Shown: piece after piece, positions 26,313-35,745 of the stretch | How positions within the stretch are numbered: the first letter of the stretch is position 1 | Layout: every line of letters starts with the position of its first letter | Assembly: GCA_019694955.1 (NCBI GenBank) | Contig: JAIBAX010000001.1 | Coordinates: 109,852 to 173,851 of the forward strand | DNA: 64,000 nt | Direction of reading: 5' to 3' | Origin: Chitinophagales bacterium | GTDB lineage: Bacteria; Bacteroidota; Bacteroidia; Chitinophagales; JADIYW01 | The notes under the pieces: model-generated | Told to the model about the DNA's origin: nothing | Seen by the model: only the letters and a program-made list of their open reading frames with translations | Databases searched by the model: none | Translations under genes and position numbers: made by a program

Positions 26313-27179
26313 CTAACTTAAGTATGTTCTTAGTCCTTTTCCAGCACTGTTCTTTTTTATTTTTCGAAGTGCTTTGTCTTTCAATTGCCGTACTCTTTCT
26401 CTAGTAAGACCCATTTTATCGCCAATTTCATCTAGGCTAAAGGATTGCCCATCAGTTTTTAGTCCGTAATAATAGGATAGAATCTCCATTTCGCGATCAG
26501 AAAGATGTTGTAAGGCGATTTTCATTTCTGTTTTTAGAGATTCATCTATTAACATCCTATCCGGTTGAAGGCTGTTAGCATCTTCCATTAAATCTAAATT
26601 CGTTGTTTCATCATCATCGCTCACGGAGGAGTCGGTAGAAACATGAAAAGTGAGTGATGATCTCAGTTGTATTAGTTCATCAGGTCTGATAGCCAATATT
26701 TCTGCAAGTTCTTCAGTAGAAGGTTCTCTTTGGTTTTTTTGCTCAAAATCACTGACGGCTTTCGTAATTTTTTGGTAAAAAGTCGCCTTGTTCATAGGGA
26801 CTCTGACAATTCTAGGTTGTTCAATTAAAGCCTGTAAAATAGATTGACGTATCCACCAAACGGCATAAGAGATGAATTTAAATCCCTTTGTTTCATCGAA
26901 TTTTGAAGCAGCCTTGATTAGACCGATATTGCCTTCGTTAATGAGGTCGTTTAAGCTAAGACCTTGATTTTGATATTGTTTTGCAACAGAAACCACAAAT
27001 CTTAAATTAGCAGTAATCAGTTGCTCCAATGCCTCTTGGTCTCCGTTTTTAATTCTTGAAGCAAGTTCTACTTCTTGTTGTTCAGTAAGTAATGGCAGTC
27101 TTCCAATTTCATTTAAATATTTGTCAATAGAATAACTGTCACGAGATGTAATTTTTGTCGTAATCTTTAATTGCTTCAT
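26313..27179 (-). CDS. rpoD: RNA polymerase primary sigma factor (Bacteroidota short RpoD type)
   Basis: Region 2 (ANLRFVVSVAKQY...FKFISYAVWWIRQ), region 3, and region 4 (LSDREMEILSYYYGL...SLDEIGDKMGLTRERVRQLKDKALRKI). Confidence 0.9.
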   Translation of the reverse strand: MKQLKITTKITSRDSYSIDKYLNEIGRLPLLTEQQEVELASRIKNGDQEALEQLITANLRFVVSVAKQYQNQGLSLNDLINEGNIGLIKAASKFDETKGFKFISYAVWWIRQSILQALIEQPRIVRVPMNKATFYQKITKAVSDFEQKNQREPSTEELAEILAIRPDELIQLRSSLTFHVSTDSSVSDDDETTNLDLMEDANSLQPDRMLIDESLKTEMKIALQHLSDREMEILSYYYGLKTDGQSFSLDEIGDKMGLTRERVRQLKDKALRKIKKNSAGKGLRTYLS

Positions 27180-27360
27180 GGTATCTGCTTTTCTAATTAT
27201 ACGTGTTTTGAAAATAAAAAGTTTCAGCAGACGAAAAAACGCATGAATAAAATTTGTCTGAATGTTAGAAATCGTTCAATACAGTTACCATAAAAGTAGT
27301 ACCATATATATGTTTTTCATGCAATGTATATTAAAAATATGTAAATGGGTAGTGGTAAAA

Positions 27361-27386
27361 TAAAAAAAGCCGGAATTTCTCCGGCT
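27361..27386 (-). terminator. intrinsic terminator after pnp
   Basis: Stem AGCCGGA/TCCGGCT with a 5-nt loop. On the minus strand it is followed by a run of 6-7 T. Confidence 0.75.
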
Positions 27387-27414
27387 TTTATCTGTATTTA
27401 GTAGAAATCAATCC

Positions 27415-29538
27415 TTAATCTCTAGGTAATAAAACTTTTCTGCTCAACTTAAATTTGCCTGTCTTTTTATCTACGTCTAGCAATTTAACTTGTATCTCTT
27501 GACCTTCTGTTAATACACCTTCGAGGCTGTCTAATCTTCTGTGTTCAATTTCAGAGATATGTAATAATCCTTGCTTACCCGGTAAAAATTCGACAAATGC
27601 ACCATAAGGCATCAATGATACCACTTTAGCATCGTAAACATCGCCCACTTCTGGTACTGCAACAATACCTTTGATTCTGTTCAATGCGGCATCTAAATTA
27701 TCTTTGGTAGGTGACATGATGACCACGCGACCAATACCCAATTCTTTAATCTCTTCAAGGTTTACAACGGTGTTTGTTTTTTCTTGAATGTCTCTGATGA
27801 CGCTTCCACCCGGGCCTATTACTGCGCCTATAAAGTCTTTAGGAATATCAATGCTAACTACTCTTGGTACTTGCGGTTTCATTTCTTCACGTGGGGCATC
27901 AATGGTAGCATACATTTTTTCGAGGATATGTAATCTTCCACGTCTGGCTTGTTCCAAGGCTTCCATGAGTAATTCATAAGATAACCCTTGTACTTTTAAG
28001 TCCATTTGCACGCCACAGATACCATCTCTTGTACCTGTTACTTTAAAGTCCATATCACCCAAATGATCTTCGTCGCCCAAGATGTCAGAGAGGATTGCAT
28101 ACTTTGCATCTTCGCGCATCACCAATCCCATTGCAATACCGGAAACATGTTTTTTAAACTTTACTCCGGCATCCATCAATGCCAATGAACCGGCACATAC
28201 CGTTGCCATTGAAGACGAGCCATTAGACTCCAATATGTCTGAAACAACTCTTATTGTATAAGGATTCTCAGTATCATCAGGAAGCATCATTTTTAAGGAA
28301 CGCATGGCAAGATTTCCATGTCCAACTTCTCTGCGGCTGGTGCCTCTGAGCGGTTTTACTTCTCCGGTAGAAAAAGGAGGGAAGTTGTAGTGTAATAGGA
28401 ACTTTTTAAATTCTACTGCCTGCGCTTTGTCAATCAATTGCTCGTCGTCCTTTGAACCTAAGGTTACCGTCGTCAGAGATTGTGTTTCACCTCTTGTAAA
28501 AAGTGCCGACCCGTGTGGAGAAGGGAGGTAATCTGTTTCGATGAAAATAGGTCTTATTTCGTCGAATTTTCTACCATCTAATCTTTTCTGTTGGTCAATC
28601 ATCATGTTGCGGACGATTTCTTTTTCCAATTTACCATAATAATAGTAAAATAGTGGGTAATTGAAAACGGCGAGTTCTTCTTCTGAGTATCCTGCTAAGA
28701 AATCATCTTTTATCGCCTTAAAACCAGCTTTTCTTTCTGCTTTTCCAAGGCTTGCCGCTGCTACTTCTAATATTCTTGCGGAGCAAAAATCCGTTATTTT
28801 CTGTTTTAACTCCAAGTCTTCAACGGCTACCGGAATTTCTCTTTTAGGCTTACCACAAAGTTCTCTAAGCTGTAATTGTGCGGCACACTGAAGTTTAATC
28901 ACTTCATGTCCTGCTCTAATGGCTTCCGTAAGTTCTGCTTCTGAACATTCTTTGGCTTCTCCTTCCACCATCAGGATTTCGTCTGCAGATGCTGCTAATA
29001 AAATATCGAGCTTCGCTTCTTTAAGTTCGGAAGCGGTAGGGTTAACTATGTATTTTCCATTGATTAATGCTACTCTTACTTCAGATATCGGTCCTTCAAA
29101 AGGAATGTTTGATATAGTTAATGCCGCCGATGCTGCCAAACCTGCCAATGCATCCGGAAGAATTTCTGGATCTAAGGAAATCAAGTAAACAAGTACCTGC
29201 GTTTCACATTTGTAGTCTTTGTTAAATAAAGGTCTGATAGCCCGGTCAACAATACGACAAATTAGGATTTCATAGTCTGAAGGTCTCCCTTCTCTTCTTT
29301 GAAAACTTCCCGGTATTCTACCTGCGGATGCGAATTTCTCTTGATATTCTACCGTTAGGGGAAAAAAGTCAATACCTGGCTTTACATCTTCTGCACTTAC
29401 TACTGTTGCGAGCAACATTGTATTTCCTTGGCTAACAACAACACTGCCGTCTGCTTGACGAGCCAACTTTCCTGACTCTAATTTTATTGATTTTCCATTT
29501 TCCATTTCTATGGTGGTGGAAACTGCTTTTAATTCCAT
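27415..29538 (-). CDS. pnp: polyribonucleotide nucleotidyltransferase (PNPase)
   Basis: 707 aa with two RNase PH domains, a KH domain ([16 protein letters not shown]) and an S1 domain ([20 protein letters not shown]). Located downstream of rpsO. Confidence 0.95.
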   Translation of the reverse strand: MELKAVSTTIEMENGKSIKLESGKLARQADGSVVVSQGNTMLLATVVSAEDVKPGIDFFPLTVEYQEKFASAGRIPGSFQRREGRPSDYEILICRIVDRAIRPLFNKDYKCETQVLVYLISLDPEILPDALAGLAASAALTISNIPFEGPISEVRVALINGKYIVNPTASELKEAKLDILLAASADEILMVEGEAKECSEAELTEAIRAGHEVIKLQCAAQLQLRELCGKPKREIPVAVEDLELKQKITDFCSARILEVAAASLGKAERKAGFKAIKDDFLAGYSEEELAVFNYPLFYYYYGKLEKEIVRNMMIDQQKRLDGRKFDEIRPIFIETDYLPSPHGSALFTRGETQSLTTVTLGSKDDEQLIDKAQAVEFKKFLLHYNFPPFSTGEVKPLRGTSRREVGHGNLAMRSLKMMLPDDTENPYTIRVVSDILESNGSSSMATVCAGSLALMDAGVKFKKHVSGIAMGLVMREDAKYAILSDILGDEDHLGDMDFKVTGTRDGICGVQMDLKVQGLSYELLMEALEQARRGRLHILEKMYATIDAPREEMKPQVPRVVSIDIPKDFIGAVIGPGGSVIRDIQEKTNTVVNLEEIKELGIGRVVIMSPTKDNLDAALNRIKGIVAVPEVGDVYDAKVVSLMPYGAFVEFLPGKQGLLHISEIEHRRLDSLEGVLTEGQEIQVKLLDVDKKTGKFKLSRKVLLPRD

Positions 29539-29568
29539 AATTACATTTTTAGGATTTGAATAATAAAC

Positions 29569-29596
29569 GAAAGCGGAACCATATGGCTCCGCTTTC
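29569..29596 (-). terminator. rpsO-pnp intergenic hairpin (terminator/attenuator)
   Basis: 12-bp stem with one mismatch (GAAAGCGGAACC / GGCTCCGCTTTC) and a 4-nt loop. On the minus strand it is followed by GTTTATTATT. Confidence 0.55.
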
Positions 29597-29613
29597 TATT
29601 TTTCTGATACAAA

Positions 29614-29880
29614 TTACTTTCTTAGATTTAATTTCTCCAACAAAGCCCTGTATTTCTGAATGTCTCTGTCGTGAAGGTACTTCAACATTTTCTTACGTTG
29701 TCCTACCATTTTGTACAAAGAACGTGTAGAAGAAAAATCCTTCCTCTGCGTTCTTAAATGTTCAGAAATGTGATTAATCCTGTGTGTTAATAATGCAATT
29801 TGGCCTTCTACAGAACCCGTATTGGTTTCACTACCACCAAATTCCTTGAAAATTTCTTTAATTTTTTCTGTCGTCAACAT
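29614..29880 (-). CDS. rpsO: 30S ribosomal protein S15
   Basis: 88 aa; GSVEGQIALLTHRINHISEHLRTQRKDFSSTRSL...RKKMLKYL is the S15 signature. Confidence 0.95.
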   Translation of the reverse strand: MLTTEKIKEIFKEFGGSETNTGSVEGQIALLTHRINHISEHLRTQRKDFSSTRSLYKMVGQRKKMLKYLHDRDIQKYRALLEKLNLRK

Positions 29881-29927
29881 CTTTAATAAATTTCGTCTTT
29901 TTTTTAAATGCTCTTTATAATTCGGTG

Positions 29928-29935
29928 CAAAGGTA
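29928..29935 (-). promoter_or_regulatory. -7 promoter box TACCTTTG for rpsO
   Basis: The minus strand reads TACCTTTG, about 48 nt upstream of the rpsO ATG (29880). Confidence 0.45.
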
Positions 29936-30062
29936 TTATTTTTTTAAAGAATTCTGAAAATCTTATATTTATTTTTCTTAAAGATTTGTAAGAAATGTAG
30001 ATATGTGGTGCGCAATCTATTAATTTATTATGTGTAAGTCATTGAAAATGAAAATTATTTAT

Positions 30063-30070
30063 TATTTTTG
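30063..30070 (+). promoter_or_regulatory. -7 promoter box TATTTTTG
   Basis: Matches TAnnTTTG and ends 10 nt before ATG 30080. Confidence 0.4.
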
Positions 30071-30079
30071 AACAATTGA

Positions 30080-33000
30080 ATGAAAATGAAATACCGGGGA
30101 TTAATTTTTGTATATCTTTTGCTTTGTACCGCTCTACTTTATGGGAACACTACTTTGATTCCTTTTGGTTCGACTTGGAAATATTTGGATAACGGTACTG
30201 ATCAAGGAACTGCTTGGCAAGGAATTGGGTTTAATGATGCCGTTTGGGCAACAGGAAATGGACAATTAGGCTATGGAGATGGCGATGAAGCAACCACCGT
30301 TAGTGCTGGATGTACACCAGTAGCAACCTGCGGCCCCAAATATATAACAACGTATTTTAGAAAAGTCATCAATATTGCAGATGTGTCTATTTATGGTGGC
30401 TATACCTTAAATGTAAGGAGAGATGATGGCGTAATTGTGTATATAAATGGCGTTGAGGTATTCAGAAATAATATGGCTGCCGGAGCAGTAAATTATCTCA
30501 CATTGGCGACCTCTGCTGCCGACGATGGTAATACACCGCAAAGCATCAACCTCCCAGCTTCTGTTTGTGCCAATGGAAATAATACCATTGCTGTTGAAAT
30601 TCATCAAACCAATAATACCAGTTCTGACATTACCATGGATCTTGAATTCATTGGTCTTTCTACGTCAACATTATTGAATTTTGGTTCATCTTGGAAGTAC
30701 TTAGATAATGGCTCTGACCAAGGAACCGCTTGGACGACAACGTTATTTAATGATGCTTCTTGGTTGTTAGGAAATGGACAGTTGGGTTATGGTGATGGAG
30801 ACGAAGCAACGCTCTTAAGCGCAGGATGTACACCCGTGGCAACCTGCGGCCCGAAATATATAACTACTTATTTTAGAAGGCAAATCTCTATTGCTGATGT
30901 TTCGCAATATTCTTCGGTCAAATTTAATTGTTTGCGAGATGACGGCGTTGTATTATATGTAAATGGAGTAGAGGTAGCTAGAAATAATATGCCTGCTGGA
31001 ACCATCAATTATCTCACACTTGCTTCTGCTAATGCCGCCGACGATGGCAATACGGTACAAGTAATAAATGTACCAATAACATCCTTTGTTAATGGTACGA
31101 ATACCATCGCTGTGGAGGTACATCAAGTCAATAATACCAGTTCGGATATTACTTTTGATTTGGAGCTAGTCGGTGTTTCTTCGTCTGTACTACCTGTGTT
31201 AACTAGAGGGCCATACCTACAAAAGGGAACGTCAAGTAGTTTAATCTTACGTTGGAGAACCGATTTACCCACAGACTCGAAGGTTAGTTACGGATTAACT
31301 GCCGGTAATTTGAATATGGTAGTAACAAATGCTACCGTCGCAACAGAACATGAAGTGGCTATTACAGGTTTGACAGCCAATACTAAATATTTTTATAATA
31401 TAGGTAGTTCTTCGAATGTGTTACAAGGAGATGCCTTAAACTATTTTGTGACGGCGGTCACGCCAGGGACGAATCAGGTGACTAATATTTGGGCAATGGG
31501 CGATTGTGGGAATAATTCCACCAATCAAGCCAATGTCAGAGATCGTTACTTGTCTTATATGGGAACACGACATGCCGATTTATGGTTGTTATTAGGTGAT
31601 AATGCTTACAATAGTGGCTTTGATAATGAATATCAAACGAATTTTTTCAATATATATAAAGATGATATCCTGAAAAATACCATGTTATTCCCTGCTCCTG
31701 GTAACCATGATTATGCAAATAATGGTACAAGACAAAATGATCATGCCATTCCATATTATGATATTTTTAATCTTCCTTCTAATGGCGAATGTGGTGGTGT
31801 TCCTTCCAATACGGAAGCATTTTATTCTTTTGATTATAATAACATACATTTTCTTTCACTAGATTCTTACGGGAGAGAAGCAAATACCTACCGTATTTGG
31901 GATACCCTCGGTCCGCAAGTGGTGTGGGTAAAGAATGACCTCGCCGCCAATACAAAACCTTGGGTAATCGCATATTGGCATCATCCTCCCTATACGATGG
32001 GTTCTCACAATTCAGACTCTGAGTCGGATTTAGCAGCCATAAGAACAAATTTTATCAGGATTTTAGAGCGCATGGGCGTTGATTTGATACTTTGCGGACA
32101 TAGCCATTGTTATGAGCGATCTTATTTGCTAAATGGTCATTACGGCAATGAACCGACTTTTAATCTGGCTACTCAGGCAGTCAGCAATTCTTCTGCAAAG
32201 TATGATGGTAGCTTGAATTCATGTCCATATGAAAAATCTACTGATCATCCAATTGGTACAGTATATACAGTGGTGGGTTCAGCAGGACAATTAGGTGGTA
32301 CACAAAGTGCCTTTCCACATAATGCAATGCTGTATTCGAATGCTACCAATGGCGGTTCTCTATTTTTGCAAATAGATGATAATAGGTTAGATGCCAAATG
32401 GATATGTGCGGATGGCGTGATTAGGGATCAGTTTACCATGTTTAATGATATTCGCAAAACCAATACTGTCTTTATTTCACCCGGTAATAGTGTTACACTT
32501 ACAGCATCATGGCCAGGGGATTACTCATGGACACATGATGGAAGTACTACAAGGTCAATAACAGTTGCACCCGTGACCAATACAACCTATGAAGTAAAAG
32601 ATGTCAATAATTGTGTGATAGATGTTTTTAATGTGGTAGTGAATGTACTGCCTGTTGAACTTATTTATTTTAATGGATATGATAAAAAAGATGTTGTTCT
32701 ATTGGACTGGGAAACTGGTTCTGAGGTGAATGTGGATCGGTTTATTATAGAGAAATCCGGCAATGGTGTTGACTTTTTTGAACTTGGCAGTAAGGATGCA
32801 AAAGGAACAAGTTCCATTAATACTTACTATTCTATAGAAGATGCTTTTCCATATAGTGGTGTGAATTATTACAGGATAAAAATACTGGATAATGATGGTA
32901 GTTATAGTTATTCGAAGATTATTCAGGTGAAACATCTTGTTCAGGGAACTGCATCCATAATGGTATATCCGAATCCGGTTTTGAGTGAATGTAATGTTTA

Positions 33001-33205
33001 TTGTAGAAATTTTACTGCTTTCGAGCAAGTACAAATGCAAATATCCAATATCCAAGGGCAGGTTTTAACGGATTTTGCTTTCTACTTTAATCCTTCCGAG
33101 TATGTTGTTCCCATAGACATGACAAATTTTTCTGATGGGATTTATTTGCTTAAAGTAAAGACGCAAAGTGCAGAGATTGTGAAGAAAATAGTATGTAGCC
33201 ATTAA
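30080..33205 (+). CDS. secreted metallophosphoesterase (purple-acid-phosphatase-like) with duplicated N-terminal domain and T9SS C-terminal domain
   Basis: Signal peptide. Two tandem 172-aa repeats (30155-30670 and 30671-31186). Metallophosphatase motifs GDCG, GDNAY, GNHDY, WHHPPY, GHSHCYER. C-terminal VYPNPV...SDGIYLLKV...KKIV fits the T9SS domain. Confidence 0.8.
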   Translation: MKMKYRGLIFVYLLLCTALLYGNTTLIPFGSTWKYLDNGTDQGTAWQGIGFNDAVWATGNGQLGYGDGDEATTVSAGCTPVATCGPKYITTYFRKVINIADVSIYGGYTLNVRRDDGVIVYINGVEVFRNNMAAGAVNYLTLATSAADDGNTPQSINLPASVCANGNNTIAVEIHQTNNTSSDITMDLEFIGLSTSTLLNFGSSWKYLDNGSDQGTAWTTTLFNDASWLLGNGQLGYGDGDEATLLSAGCTPVATCGPKYITTYFRRQISIADVSQYSSVKFNCLRDDGVVLYVNGVEVARNNMPAGTINYLTLASANAADDGNTVQVINVPITSFVNGTNTIAVEVHQVNNTSSDITFDLELVGVSSSVLPVLTRGPYLQKGTSSSLILRWRTDLPTDSKVSYGLTAGNLNMVVTNATVATEHEVAITGLTANTKYFYNIGSSSNVLQGDALNYFVTAVTPGTNQVTNIWAMGDCGNNSTNQANVRDRYLSYMGTRHADLWLLLGDNAYNSGFDNEYQTNFFNIYKDDILKNTMLFPAPGNHDYANNGTRQNDHAIPYYDIFNLPSNGECGGVPSNTEAFYSFDYNNIHFLSLDSYGREANTYRIWDTLGPQVVWVKNDLAANTKPWVIAYWHHPPYTMGSHNSDSESDLAAIRTNFIRILERMGVDLILCGHSHCYERSYLLNGHYGNEPTFNLATQAVSNSSAKYDGSLNSCPYEKSTDHPIGTVYTVVGSAGQLGGTQSAFPHNAMLYSNATNGGSLFLQIDDNRLDAKWICADGVIRDQFTMFNDIRKTNTVFISPGNSVTLTASWPGDYSWTHDGSTTRSITVAPVTNTTYEVKDVNNCVIDVFNVVVNVLPVELIYFNGYDKKDVVLLDWETGSEVNVDRFIIEKSGNGVDFFELGSKDAKGTSSINTYYSIEDAFPYSGVNYYRIKILDNDGSYSYSKIIQVKHLVQGTASIMVYPNPVLSECNVYCRNFTAFEQVQMQISNIQGQVLTDFAFYFNPSEYVVPIDMTNFSDGIYLLKVKTQSAEIVKKIVCSH

Positions 33206-34050
33206 TCGTGACATATTATGTCAAAAACTTTGCAGAGTTGTTGCTTTAATTCTTTCCGATCGACGATAAAATCTAAGAATCCATTTTCTAGGAGTGATTC
33301 TGATTTTTGAAAATCTAAGGGTAGTTTCTGTTTGATGGTTTCTTCAATAACACGCGGTCCGGCGAATCCGATTAATGCATTTGGTTCTGCAATATTTAAA
33401 TCTCCCAGCATGGCAAAGGACGCAGAAACACCTCCAGTCGTTGGGTCTGTCAATACTGAAATATAGGGAATTCTTTTTCCTGCAAGTAGTGTAAGCTTTG
33501 CAGATGTTTTGGCCATCTGCATCAGGGAAAATGCAGACTCCATCATTCGTGCGCCACCAGATTTGCTGATAATAATAAACGGTGATTGGGTGCTGATGCA
33601 ATAATCTATTGATTTGCTGATTCTTTCTCCTACCACAATACCCATGGAGCCGCCAATATATCCAAAGTCCATACATGCAACCATGACATTTCTGCCATTC
33701 ATTTTTCCGGAAGCACATTGAATGGCCTCGTTCAAATTAGGGTCTTTGCTCATGTCTTCCAGCCTTTTAGAATAGGGCTTTAAGTCACTAAATGCCAATA
33801 AATCTTTCGGTTGGATATCAGAAAAGTGTAGATGAAATGCTTGGTCGTCAAAAAGTATTTCGAAATAGTCTGTCGGGGTGATTCGGCTATGATGATTACA
33901 CTCCGGGCAGGTGAAACATAGCTCTTTATGTTGTTTGGTAGAGAAAGTCTTTTTACAAGAGGTGCATTTGTGCCAAACCCCTTCAGGGGCTTCCTTCTTG
34001 TCTTTTGTTTCGGTGTTGATGCCACCACTCTTACGTTTCCACCAATTCAT
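33202..34050 (-). CDS. accD: acetyl-CoA carboxylase carboxyltransferase beta subunit
   Basis: N-terminal zinc ribbon CTSCKK...CPECNHH, then the carboxyltransferase domain (GGSMG, GGARMQE-like SGGARMMES). Confidence 0.9.
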   Translation of the reverse strand: MNWWKRKSGGINTETKDKKEAPEGVWHKCTSCKKTFSTKQHKELCFTCPECNHHSRITPTDYFEILFDDQAFHLHFSDIQPKDLLAFSDLKPYSKRLEDMSKDPNLNEAIQCASGKMNGRNVMVACMDFGYIGGSMGIVVGERISKSIDYCISTQSPFIIISKSGGARMMESAFSLMQMAKTSAKLTLLAGKRIPYISVLTDPTTGGVSASFAMLGDLNIAEPNALIGFAGPRVIEETIKQKLPLDFQKSESLLENGFLDFIVDRKELKQQLCKVFDIICHD

Positions 34051-34100
34051 AATAAACCCATTGGTTGGGTGAAATTACATATTATTTCTCAAAGAAAATC

Positions 34101-35162
34101 TTAAGCAATCTTAATTTCAGTATTCAAGTAGACATCTTGAATAGCGTTTAAAAGTGCAACTCCTTCTTTTACAGGCTTTTGGAACGCCTTCCTTCCTGAA
34201 ATTAGCCCCTGACCACCTGCTCTTTTGTTGATAATGGCTGTCGTTACGGCTTCTGCTAAGTCAGTAGCACCTTTAGATTCTCCACCTGAATTGATGAGCC
34301 CTGCACGACCCATGTAGCAGTTGGCTACTTGATAGCGCGTTAAATCAATGGGATGTTCTGTGGTGAGTGTTGAATAAACTAAAGGATGCGTTTTTCCATG
34401 CTTGGTAGCATTATAACCGCCATTATTGGTAGGTAATTTCTGTTTAATAATATCTGCCTGAATGGTTACACCTAAATGGTTGGCCTGGCTAGATAAGTCG
34501 GCAGAAGTATGATAATCTACACCATCTACCTTGAAGCTATTGTTTCTCAGGTAACACCAAAGAATCGTCGCCATTCCTAACTGATGGGCATATTCGAACG
34601 CTTCAGCTACCTCAACAATCTGCCTTCTTGATTCATCTGAGCCGAAATATATGGTAGCGCCAACTGCAGCGGCACCCATTTCCCAAGCACTTTTAATCGT
34701 GCCAAACATTACTTGGTCGAACTTATTTGGATAAGAAAGAAACTCGTTGTGGTTAATTTTTACTATGAATGGTATCTTATGTGCATATTTTCTTGCAACA
34801 GAAGCTAAAACGCCGTAGGTTGAAGCGACCGCATTACAACCGCCTTCGATGGCAAGTTTTACAATGTTTTCAGAATCAAAATAGATAGGATTGGGTGCGA
34901 AACTGGCACCTGCTGAATGTTCAATGCCTTGGTCTACAGGCAGTATAGATAGATAACCTGTGTTGGCAAGTCTTCCGGTATTGTACATGGCTTGAATGTT
35001 CCTTAGAACTTGCGGATTTCTGTTGCTGTTAATCCATATCCTATCCACAAAATCAGGACCTGGAACGTGAATCAAAGACTTGTCGATGGTAGTACAAGTG
35101 TGGTTGAGTAAATGATTTGCTTCCTTATCGCCAATTAAGGCTACAATCTTATCTACATTCAT
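34101..35162 (-). CDS. fbaB: class I fructose-bisphosphate aldolase (FbaB/DhnA type)
   Basis: [20 protein letters not shown]...FIVKINHNE... matches FbaB-type class I aldolase. ATG 35162 is preferred, because a minus-strand -7 box (TATATTTG, 35178-35185) lies inside the longer ORF. Confidence 0.85.
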   Translation of the reverse strand: MNVDKIVALIGDKEANHLLNHTCTTIDKSLIHVPGPDFVDRIWINSNRNPQVLRNIQAMYNTGRLANTGYLSILPVDQGIEHSAGASFAPNPIYFDSENIVKLAIEGGCNAVASTYGVLASVARKYAHKIPFIVKINHNEFLSYPNKFDQVMFGTIKSAWEMGAAAVGATIYFGSDESRRQIVEVAEAFEYAHQLGMATILWCYLRNNSFKVDGVDYHTSADLSSQANHLGVTIQADIIKQKLPTNNGGYNATKHGKTHPLVYSTLTTEHPIDLTRYQVANCYMGRAGLINSGGESKGATDLAEAVTTAIINKRAGGQGLISGRKAFQKPVKEGVALLNAIQDVYLNTEIKIA

Positions 35163-35177
35163 TTCAAAAATTTTGCG

Positions 35178-35185
35178 CAAATATA
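35178..35185 (-). promoter_or_regulatory. -7 promoter box TATATTTG for the aldolase gene
   Basis: The minus strand reads TATATTTG and ends 16 nt before ATG 35162. This supports the shorter gene model. Confidence 0.45.
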
Positions 35186-35265
35186 CGGTAAGAGTTTTGG
35201 AAAACACAGTATGTAAAAAGAAAAACTATAATTCTTCCTTTTAGGTGTGGTTTGAGCTTGTTGGC

Positions 35266-35363
35266 TATATTTGGAAATGTGAGAATGTGAGAATTTGGAG
35301 ATGAGAGAATTTGGGAATGTGAAGATGTGCGAATTTAGAGATGTTCACGGTTCACAGTAAATT
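35266..35363 (+). repeat. C-poor short-unit repeat tract (GGAAATGTG / GAGAATTTG / GAAGATGTG) followed by GTTCACGGTTCACAG module
   Basis: There is no C from 35266 to 35329. Same unit family as 11369-11581. Ends in gatgttcacggttcacagtaaatt. Confidence 0.7.
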
Positions 35364-35745
35364 GTCGCAGTACGCAATACGAATATCGCTGTACTAAAAT
35401 AGGGAATTTGAAGATGTGTAAATGTGGAGATGTGAAAATACCTGCATTCGTGGCAAAAAGTTCACAGTTCACGGTTCACAGTTCACTGTCAAATGTCAAT
35501 GGTCAACTGACGACAGTCAACAGACCACAAACAATAACTCACCGTCGCAAACCGCAATACGAATATCGCTGTACTAAAATAGGGAATTTGATGATGTGTA
35601 AATGTGGAGATGTGAAAATACCTGCATTCGTGGCAAAAAGTTCACAGTTCAAGGTGAATTTGGTGGTAACAGACCACAGTCAATTGGTCAATAGTCAATA
35701 ACTCACCGTCGCAGTACGCAATACGAATATCGCTGTACTAAAAAC
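35364..35745 (+). repeat. tandem repeat: two units (180 and 164 bp) plus a third partial unit, each starting with the 34-nt GTCGCA...CGCTGTACTAA core
   Basis: The units start at 35364, 35544 and 35708. The first 108 nt of units 1 and 2 differ at only 4 positions. The array abuts the stop codon (35746-35748) of the FG-GAP gene. Confidence 0.85.

Noticed and set aside
35408-35701. 97-aa ORF (MKMCKCGDVKIPAFVAKSSQF... twice)
   Set aside because: It lies entirely within the tandem repeat, and its internal duplication simply mirrors the DNA repeat. It has no start context and low complexity, so it is most likely not a gene.
35364-35745. Possible CRISPR array, because a 34-36 nt sequence recurs three times
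   Set aside because: The period is 164-180 bp, far longer than repeat plus spacer. The intervening sequences are themselves repeated between units, and there are only 2.2 units. No cas genes are in the window.
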